NCBI GenBank assembly: GCA_030837345.1
Contig: JAUPKQ010000051.1
Coordinates: 717 to 64,716 of the forward strand
Direction of reading: 5' to 3'
DNA: 64,000 nt
DNA from: Actinomycetota bacterium
GTDB taxonomy: Bacteria > Actinomycetota > Actinomycetes > Actinomycetales > Kineosporiaceae
Shown: positions 37,401 through 44,270 of the stretch, piece after piece
Numbering within the stretch: the first letter of the stretch is position 1
Layout of the letters: every line of letters starts with the position of its first letter
Notes under the pieces: model-generated
The model's database searches: none
Seen by the model: only the letters and a program-made list of their open reading frames with translations
What the model was told of the DNA's origin: nothing
Program-made: the position numbers and the translations under genes

Positions 37401-38412
37401 GGGTCCCGGCGGCGACGGCGGGTTCCCCGACGACCGGTCCGTCCGGTGTCGTGACGACCGCGACCGCCGTGCCCTCGGCCGGCTCGACGTAGCAGGCCGG
37501 GGACCACGACCGGGCCTGGGTCCGCATCGACAGGACCCCCGGCGCCTGGGCCGGGGCGGTGACGAGGGCGTCCCACGCCGCGGCGCGCTGGGCCCGCCAG
37601 CCGTGCGGCGGGGCCTCGAAGAGCAGCAGGTAGAGGGAACGTGCCGTCAGGCGTCCGGCGCGGTGGCGGGCGGCCAGATGGACGGCGAGCTCGGGGTCGG
37701 GCTCCGGCCGGCTGACCAGGTGGTCGAGCCAGGCCTCGACCTCGGCGGGGGTGGCCGAGGGCGCGTCGGCAGCCGGCTCCGTCGTCGGCCGGGTGAGCTC
37801 CGGGGCGTCGATCCCGGTCAGCCGGGTGAGCAGGGCGACCACGGCCTTCTGGGTCGCTCGCTTCTTGGTGCTGTCGTGGCAGGGCCCGCCGCGGACCGTC
37901 GTGCCGTCCCGGTCGAGTGACGCCTGCGCGGTGAACCCTCCCTCGACGGCGGACTCGCTCACCTTCAGGGGCGTCCCTCCGCTCCTCTGGGTCTCCAGGT
38001 GCACGATCTCGACGGCGAGGTGCGGTCGCCGGGCGACGGCGTCCATCGCGGAGTGCCTCGCGGCATGCCACACGGTGTCCCGTGCGACGAAGAGCACCTG
38101 GTGCAGCTCCCGCGCCGCCGCCCCGGTCCCGACGCGGGCTCTGGTCTCGGCGATCAGCGCCGTGTTCGTCGCGCCGTCGCCGCAGGCGCACTTGAGGACG
38201 GCGAAGAACTCCTCGGCGTCCAGGCTCGCGAAGTCCGTCGACGGATCGGCGATCAGAGCACGCACCGAGCGCTGGGCGCGTGCCTTCTCGGGGTCTCTCC
38301 CCGGGCCGGGGCGACTGCTCCGTGACAGGCGCGGCGGCGACGGCGGCCCCGGCGTCCGCCGGACGCGAGCCAGATCGGCGGGCGACGGCGGCTGGGGGGA
38401 AGGCGCTGACAC
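34414..38412 (-). CDS. SNF2-family DEAD/DEAH-box ATPase (1332 aa) with an N-terminal extension of about 440 aa containing dsRBD-like modules.
   Basis: SNF2-associated region: '[17 protein letters not shown]...[11 protein letters not shown]'. Motif I: '[12 protein letters not shown]...[10 protein letters not shown]'. DEAQ box: '[11 protein letters not shown]'. Helicase C: '[43 protein letters not shown]'. The N-terminal '[15 protein letters not shown]...[24 protein letters not shown]' is dsRBD-like. Confidence 0.9.
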   Translation of the reverse strand: [1332 protein letters not shown]

Positions 38413-38521
38413 CAGTCCTGTTTATCGTGGTCGGTCCCCGCCCTGCGACCTTTCCGGTCAGCTCGTCCACCGCACCGTTACGGTGAACCGGCAGAAGCCG
38501 TCGGCAGCAGGGAGAGAGGCA

Positions 38522-39148
38522 GTGACCACGGGAGAGATCACGGGAGTGACCGTCAGGGAGGCGGGCGAGGGGGACTGGCCGGCCGTCGCGGAGATCGTCA
38601 ATCACTACATCGCCGTCTCGACGGTGAACTTCCGCACCGCACCCCAGACGGCGGGTGAGTGGGAGAACCACTGGGCGCGCCACCACGAGAGTCATCCCTG
38701 GCTGGTCGCGGTCGGCGAACGGGCGACCGGGGACGCCGGGGAAGCGGCCGGTGGACCGCCCGACGGGTGCGCCGGCGGAATACAGGTGCTCGGCATCGCC
38801 TACGCCGGACCGTGGAGCGAACGTAACGCCTACGACTGGTGCACCGAGGTGTCCGTCTACGTCCGGCACGGGGCCCAGGGACGCCGGGTCGGTCAGGCGT
38901 TGTACCGGCGGCTTCTCGCCGCCGTGGACGCGCAGGGATTCCGTACCCAGATCGCGGTGATCGGGCTTCCGAACGACGCGAGCGTCGGGTTCCACGAGTC
39001 GTTCGGCTTCCGCCGCGCCGGAACCCTGGCCGCCGTCGGCTTCAAGCACGACACCTGGTGCGACGTCGGCTACTGGCAGCGCACCCCGGTCCCGTCACCT
39101 GAGGCTCCCGGTCCGCTGCTGCCGTGCTCCGCCGTCCTCGGTGACTGA
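38522..39148 (+). CDS. GNAT-family acetyltransferase of the phosphinothricin-acetyltransferase (PAT/Bar-like) type.
   Basis: GTG at 38522 follows GGGAGAGAGG. 'VREAGEGDWPAVAEIVNHYIAVSTVNFRTAPQTAGEW', 'VYVRHGAQGRRVGQALYRRLL' and 'HESFGFRRAGTLAAVGFKHDTWCDVGYWQ' are present. Confidence 0.85.
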   Translation: MTTGEITGVTVREAGEGDWPAVAEIVNHYIAVSTVNFRTAPQTAGEWENHWARHHESHPWLVAVGERATGDAGEAAGGPPDGCAGGIQVLGIAYAGPWSERNAYDWCTEVSVYVRHGAQGRRVGQALYRRLLAAVDAQGFRTQIAVIGLPNDASVGFHESFGFRRAGTLAAVGFKHDTWCDVGYWQRTPVPSPEAPGPLLPCSAVLGD

Positions 39149-40032
39149 CGGAGACTCTCCTTCAGCGTTGTGATCATGTCCAGGGTGTCCTCGACGCTGA
39201 GGGCCCGGTTCCGCAGGTCGTCCCAGGTACGGGCGTAGACGGCGACCTCGGCCGGTTTGGTGAGGTACATGGCGCCGGTGAGGGAGTCCACGTAGGCCAG
39301 CGGCGGCTCCAGCGGCTCGCCGCCGAGCGGGTTCGGCGGGAAGCGCAGAAGGGAGAAGGGGGTCCCTCCGTGGATCCCCGCGCTCCACGGCAGGACCTGC
39401 ACGACGACGTTCGCCCGCAGGGTGACGTCCAGCAGGTGCTGGAGCTGATCGCCCGCCAGGTCACCGGCGGCGGTCACACGGTGCAGGGACGCCTCGGAGA
39501 CCACGACCTCCAGGCGGGGCGCCCGCGGACGGGTGAGCAGTGACTGTCGCTCCATCCGGACCTCGATGCGGCGCCGGATCTCGGACTCCTCCAGGAGGCC
39601 GGCGGGGATCCGTGCGATCGCCTCGGCGTAGGCGGGTGTCTGGAGCAGCCCGGGAAGCAGCTCCGACTCGTACTGGCAGATGGTCTCCGCGGCGTCCTCC
39701 AGGGAGACGTACAGCCCGAACCAGCTCGGGAGCTCCGTCTCGGTGTAGTCGTGCCACCAGGACTTGCGCCGGCCGTTACGCGTCTCGGCGGCCAGGGCGA
39801 GCAGGATGTCGCGATCCGTGTCGTCGGCCCGGTAGAGGTCGAGCATCTGCCGGACGTCGACCTCCCGGAAGCGAACGCCCTCCCCACCTTCCTCGATGCG
39901 GCTGATCGTGGCCCTCGATCGTTCCAGTCGCCGGGCGGCCTCCTCCTGGGTCAGGCCAGCGCCCCGGCGCAGGGCGGTGAACCGCCGGCCGATGTGCCGG
40001 CGGACCAGGGCCGATCCCACGGCGTCCGTCAT
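39070..40032 (-). CDS. XRE-family HTH regulator with a DUF5753-type C-terminal domain.
   Basis: 'LRRGAGLTQEEAARRLERSRATISRIEEG', then 'WWHDY...LPSWFGLYVSLEDAAETICQYESELLPGLLQTPAYAEA' and 'VQVLPWSAGIHGG...FSLLRF'. No adjacent DUF397 partner was seen. Confidence 0.85.
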   Translation of the reverse strand: MTDAVGSALVRRHIGRRFTALRRGAGLTQEEAARRLERSRATISRIEEGGEGVRFREVDVRQMLDLYRADDTDRDILLALAAETRNGRRKSWWHDYTETELPSWFGLYVSLEDAAETICQYESELLPGLLQTPAYAEAIARIPAGLLEESEIRRRIEVRMERQSLLTRPRAPRLEVVVSEASLHRVTAAGDLAGDQLQHLLDVTLRANVVVQVLPWSAGIHGGTPFSLLRFPPNPLGGEPLEPPLAYVDSLTGAMYLTKPAEVAVYARTWDDLRNRALSVEDTLDMITTLKESLRQSPRTAEHGSSGPGASGDGTGVRCQ

Positions 40033-40275
40033 GCCTGGCTCCTTGTCATGGGTGCGTGTGTCAGGTAGAGCGACCGGTAACAGGGCGGTTCGGCTCGTGA
40101 CGACTTCGGTCAGTATGAACCGGGCGGTGCTGTTCTGGACAGAAGAATTTGGGCGGTATCAAAGAAGGCAGTGCGTCTTCTGGGCGTTCGAAGCCGGACC
40201 GGTGATCACGGCAAGATCTCCGCCGGAGATCGGGTTGGGGAACCGGTTGCCATGGTGACGCTAAGGTCACGGTTC

Positions 40276-41178
40276 ATGACTGATCCGGGTATCCTCCGAA
40301 CCCGCAGGGGGCGCCTTCTCGTGGCCGCCGCCGTGGCCGTCGTGCTGGCAGCCTCCGCGCTCACGGGCCTCTACCTGCGCTCGCGGGGCCGGTCCGAGGC
40401 GGAGAGCCCCGCCGTCCCGTCCCCCACCACGACTCCCGAGCCCAGCCTGACGGCGTCGTGCCACCCCGAGGGGACCGGACCGGAGCGGCTGGACACCCAC
40501 TTCACCGCGGACGACGGCGCGGGGACGACGGTGCGTTACAGCATCAGCCTGCCGGACGACTACTACTCCGCGTGCAAGAAGTACCCGGTCCTCTACGCCC
40601 TGCACGGCAAGACCCAGAACAACGTGGGCTTCCTCGACCAGGCCCTGTCGCTGCGCAAGGCGATGGCCGCAGGCGTCCTGGATCAGTCGATCATCGTGAC
40701 GCCGGACAGCTACTCGACGGGCCGCTGGGAGAACCGTGACACCGGCCCGGCCGAGGACAACTTCATCAAACAGCTCATCCCGCACATCGAGGCGAAGTAC
40801 CGCGTCAAGCCCGGCCCGTCGTACCGGCTGCTGGTCGGCTTCTCGATGGGTGGCCACGGCGCCTTCCGGTTCGGTCTGAAGTACCCGCAGCTGTTCGCCG
40901 CCTGCTGGTCCGTGGACGGCGCCATGGCCGACCCGGAGGACTACGCCCCGTTCGTCGAGGGCAAGAGCTCCGGCGATTTCCGGATCCTCAGCGTCGGCGG
41001 CCAGTTGAACGGTCAGCGCGTCGAGAGGCTCGTCGAGGCGCTCAAGGAGCGCGGGGTCGAGATCCCGTACTCCTACCAGGACCTCGAGCACGAGTTCGTC
41101 ACCTTCATCGACGCGGACGAGAAAGCGGGCTGGCCGGCGATGAAATACCTCCAGAAAGGCCTGGGCCGCACCCCGTAG
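40276..41178 (+). CDS. Membrane-anchored/secreted putative esterase (esterase D / PF00756-like alpha/beta hydrolase).
   Basis: TM segment 'LLVAAAVAVVLAASALTGL'. 'YPVLYALHGKTQNN', 'LLVGFSMGGHGAF' (GxSxG) and 'HEF' are present. Confidence 0.8.
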   Translation: MTDPGILRTRRGRLLVAAAVAVVLAASALTGLYLRSRGRSEAESPAVPSPTTTPEPSLTASCHPEGTGPERLDTHFTADDGAGTTVRYSISLPDDYYSACKKYPVLYALHGKTQNNVGFLDQALSLRKAMAAGVLDQSIIVTPDSYSTGRWENRDTGPAEDNFIKQLIPHIEAKYRVKPGPSYRLLVGFSMGGHGAFRFGLKYPQLFAACWSVDGAMADPEDYAPFVEGKSSGDFRILSVGGQLNGQRVERLVEALKERGVEIPYSYQDLEHEFVTFIDADEKAGWPAMKYLQKGLGRTP

Positions 41179-41334
41179 ACGATCGGTTCCACGGGGTCCC
41201 TGAACCGCGTGGACGACGCCGAGGTCCGTCGAGGTGCGTGCCCGAAACACTACCGAATGTGGTTTTCGATAACTAGGGTGAGGGAGCAGCCCGATCCTCG
41301 GAGCGGGCGGATCAGCCTTCGAAAGGTGAACTCC

Positions 41335-42924
41335 GTGACCCGACCGCTCTACCTGCGCCCACGCATCGTGGGCCCGCTGGAGGACCTGCTCCGGGACGGG
41401 CCTCTCCTGCATGACCTGGTGCGGGCCCTCGGCTCCCCGCTCAACCTCGTGATCCCGGACCGCCTGCCGCACAACCTGGAGCACTTCCGTGAGGTCTACC
41501 GGCGGCGGCGGTTGTCGGGAGAGATCTTCTTCGCCCACAAGGCGAACCGTTCCGCCGCGTTTCCCCGGCTGCTGGCGGCCGGGACCGGTGCGGGGGCCGC
41601 CAGGATCGACGTCGCGAGCCTGGCCGAACTGCAGACCGCCCTCGGATCGGGGTTCGAACCGGCCCGCATCCTGGTCACCGGGCCCAAGACCCCCGAGTTG
41701 CTGTGGCTGGCCGCTCGGTGCGGCACCACCGTCCAGGTCGACGGGATCGCCGAACTGCTCGGGCTCGTCGACGTCGTCCGGCGGCACGGCTTCCCGCGCA
41801 GCCGCGTGCTGCTGCGACTTTCCGGATTCGCGTCCACCGGCACGACGGTGATGAGCCGCCCCAGCCGCTTCGGCCTGGCGGCCGAGGAGGCCGACGCCGC
41901 GATCGACGTGTTTCTCACCCACCCCGACACCGTGGATCTCCTCGGCGTCGGCTTCCACCTCGACACCGTCGGCGTCAGGGAGAAGGCCGTCGCTCTGGAG
42001 AGCTGCCTGCACGTCGTCGCCACGTGCCTCGGACGGGGCCTCTCCCCGCGCGTCGTCGACATCGGAGGCGGATTCGGCGTCAGTTATCTCGCCCACGCCG
42101 ACGACTGGCACGCCTGGACGTCGGAGCTGACGCAGGCCGTCCTGGGCCGCAGACCCCCGATGACCTGGGACGGGCACGGGTACGGGCTGCGCGACGACGG
42201 GGGAACCCTGCGAGGAACACTCGGGCTCTACCCCGCGCACCGGCCGGTGTCCGGCCCCGCCTACCTCGACGCCATCCTCTCCGCCCCGGCACCGTCGTTC
42301 GACGGCCAGCCCCTCGCCACCGTGCTGCGGGAACTACTGCTGCACCTGTGGATCGAGCCGGGCCGTGCCCTGCTGGACCAGTGCGGCGCGGTTCTGGCGC
42401 GGGTACTTGAGGTCCGCCCCCGGCCCGGCGGCCACCACGTCGTCCGGCTCGACCTCAACGCCGGCGACGTCAGCCTCGAAGAACACGGCGTCCTCCTCGA
42501 TCCCCTGCTCCTGCGCCGCCCCGATGCGGACCGTGCCGGCCACCCGGACCGTGCCGGCCACCCGGACCGCCACGGGCGGGCCACGCCGCCGGACGGACCG
42601 CAAGGGGTCTACCTGCTCGGGAACCTGTGTCTCGAGGCCGATCTCATCACCCGCCGCCTGGTGTACCTGCCCGGGCTGCCCGAGACCGGGGACCTGCTGG
42701 CCTTCCCCAACACAGCCGGCTACGTCATGGACTTCCACGCGGACCACGCCATCGGCCAGCCGATCGCACGGACGGTCGCAGCCTGGCCGGGGGACGGCCG
42801 GTGGCACTGGTGTCTCGACGAGCAGTACTGGCCGCTCGGCCTCCCCACCGGCGAGGCGGTCGCCGGCGAGGCGGTCGCCGGTGACCGGGCGGCTGACACG
42901 CTCGCGGAGGGGACGCGGGCATGA
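41335..42924 (+). CDS. Fold-type III PLP enzyme (Orn/DAP/Arg-decarboxylase-like, Y4yA-like).
   Basis: GTG at 41335 follows AAAGG. PLP-lysine motif 'FFAHKANRS' (Lys codon 41539-41541). 'VDIGGGFGVSY' and 'LWIEPGRALL' are present. The tail carries two perfect in-frame tandem duplications. Confidence 0.8.
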   Translation: MTRPLYLRPRIVGPLEDLLRDGPLLHDLVRALGSPLNLVIPDRLPHNLEHFREVYRRRRLSGEIFFAHKANRSAAFPRLLAAGTGAGAARIDVASLAELQTALGSGFEPARILVTGPKTPELLWLAARCGTTVQVDGIAELLGLVDVVRRHGFPRSRVLLRLSGFASTGTTVMSRPSRFGLAAEEADAAIDVFLTHPDTVDLLGVGFHLDTVGVREKAVALESCLHVVATCLGRGLSPRVVDIGGGFGVSYLAHADDWHAWTSELTQAVLGRRPPMTWDGHGYGLRDDGGTLRGTLGLYPAHRPVSGPAYLDAILSAPAPSFDGQPLATVLRELLLHLWIEPGRALLDQCGAVLARVLEVRPRPGGHHVVRLDLNAGDVSLEEHGVLLDPLLLRRPDADRAGHPDRAGHPDRHGRATPPDGPQGVYLLGNLCLEADLITRRLVYLPGLPETGDLLAFPNTAGYVMDFHADHAIGQPIARTVAAWPGDGRWHWCLDEQYWPLGLPTGEAVAGEAVAGDRAADTLAEGTRA

Positions 42925-44270
42925 GGTACGACGACATCACCCACGCGATCGGCAACACCCCGCTCGTCCGGATCGACCCGGCGGTTCACGGCCTGGAACA
43001 CATCGACCTCTACGCCAAGCTGGAACTGCTCAACCCGTTCGGGTCGGTGAAGGACCGGACCGCCTGGGCGATGGCCGCCCCGCACCTGGACCGGGCGCGG
43101 GCCGACGGCGCCACCGTCGTGGAACTGTCGAGCGGCAACACGGCCAAGGCGCTCGCCGTCATCGCGGGCATGCACGGGTTGCCCTTCCGCAGCGTCACCA
43201 ACCGGATGAAGGTTCCGGAGATCAAGGACCTGTTGTTGCTCCTGGGGGCCCGGATCGACGAGCTCCCCGGTCAGGGGGAGTGCCTCGACCCCGGCGACAC
43301 CGAGGATCCCCTGACCCGCATGTACCGCACCGTGTCCGCCTCGGCGGACGCGATCCTGCACACGGACCAGTACTTCAACCCGGACAACGTCGGGGCTCAC
43401 GCCACCGGCACGGGTCCTGAGATCATCAAGGATCTGGACGGCGACGTCCCCGGGCACTTCATCGCCGCGGTCGGGACGGCCGGCTCGTCGACCGGAGTGG
43501 CCCGGGCACTGCGCGCCCGTGACGCGAGGGTCGACGTCACCGGGCTGGTGGCGGATAAATCGGACTTCATCCCCGGGATCCGGACGATCGACGAGGTCCA
43601 CGAGGTCGGGCTGTTCGACCCGGAAACCTACGACCGCATCGAGCCGGTCACCTCCTTGGAAGCGATCGACGGGATGCTCGTGCTGCTGCGCCGGTGCGGG
43701 ATCCTCGCCGGGCCGACGGGTGGAGCGGCCTACTTCGGTGCGGTCCGCCACCTCCGCACGGTCGACGAGGGCTTGCGCGCGACCGCCGCCGCGGGCCGAC
43801 CCGTCGCACGCCGGCGGGCCGTCTTCATCGTCTGTGACCGGGTGGAGTCCTACCTGAGTTACGTGCGCGAGCGGCGGCCCGACCTCTTGAACCGGCCCCC
43901 TCGCCCCCACTCGGTCCGAACGGTCACCGACGAGGAGGTGGCGGGCGCGCGGACGTTGGACGTCGAGGCCGCCCGGCCCTGGCTGGCGGCGACGGGGGCC
44001 CTGATCGTCGACCTGCGGGGGCCGTTCGCGTACGCCACCGCCCACCTCGAAGGATCGATCAACATCGCCGACGAGCTGTTCGACGAGATGGTGCGCGGGG
44101 GACTGCCGTTCCCGCCGACGCGTCCGTTGCTGCTCGCCTGCCCGGTCGGAGAGCGGTCCCGGCGGTACGCGGCCCTTCTGGCCCGGATGGGACACCAGGA
44201 CGTCGCCAGTCTCGACGGCGGGATCGTCGCGTGGCGGGACGCCGGCGCCCCTCTGGTCCGGCGGTCGTGA
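42921..44270 (+). CDS. Fold-type II PLP enzyme (cysteine-synthase/CBS-like) fused to a C-terminal rhodanese domain.
   Basis: ATGA start/stop overlap with the upstream gene. 'IGNTPLVRI...LELLNPFGSVKDR' (Lys codon 43050-43052), 'SSGNTAKALA' and 'GTAGSSTG' are present. Rhodanese part: 'ALIVDLRGPFAYATAHLEGSINI' with the active-site loop 'LACPVGERSRR' (Cys codon 44139-44141). Confidence 0.85.
   Translation: MRYDDITHAIGNTPLVRIDPAVHGLEHIDLYAKLELLNPFGSVKDRTAWAMAAPHLDRARADGATVVELSSGNTAKALAVIAGMHGLPFRSVTNRMKVPEIKDLLLLLGARIDELPGQGECLDPGDTEDPLTRMYRTVSASADAILHTDQYFNPDNVGAHATGTGPEIIKDLDGDVPGHFIAAVGTAGSSTGVARALRARDARVDVTGLVADKSDFIPGIRTIDEVHEVGLFDPETYDRIEPVTSLEAIDGMLVLLRRCGILAGPTGGAAYFGAVRHLRTVDEGLRATAAAGRPVARRRAVFIVCDRVESYLSYVRERRPDLLNRPPRPHSVRTVTDEEVAGARTLDVEAARPWLAATGALIVDLRGPFAYATAHLEGSINIADELFDEMVRGGLPFPPTRPLLLACPVGERSRRYAALLARMGHQDVASLDGGIVAWRDAGAPLVRRS

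Noticed and set aside
34192-37920. 1242-aa ORF on the + strand opposite the SNF2 gene.
   Set aside because: Its composition is extremely Arg/Gly/Pro/Asp-rich with no recognisable motifs, and it is fully antisense to a gene with clear SNF2 motifs. This is the typical shadow ORF of high-GC DNA.
41179-41334. Possible riboswitch or leader upstream of the PLP operon.
   Set aside because: I compared it by eye with the SAM-I, SAM-IV, ZTP, cobalamin and ydaO consensus features that I remember, and none fits. It remains an ordinary promoter/5'-UTR candidate unless an Rfam scan says otherwise.
40267-42240. Long reverse-strand ORFs at 40267..42240, 42720..44276, 43859..45403, 45625..47424, 49012..51126, 57886..59118 and 59143..61176. 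Also 17588..19417 and 1472..2932.
   Set aside because: All lie antisense to, or out of frame with, genes that carry strong family motifs. All have the Arg/Gly/Pro/Val-biased composition of shadow frames, and none has recognisable domains.
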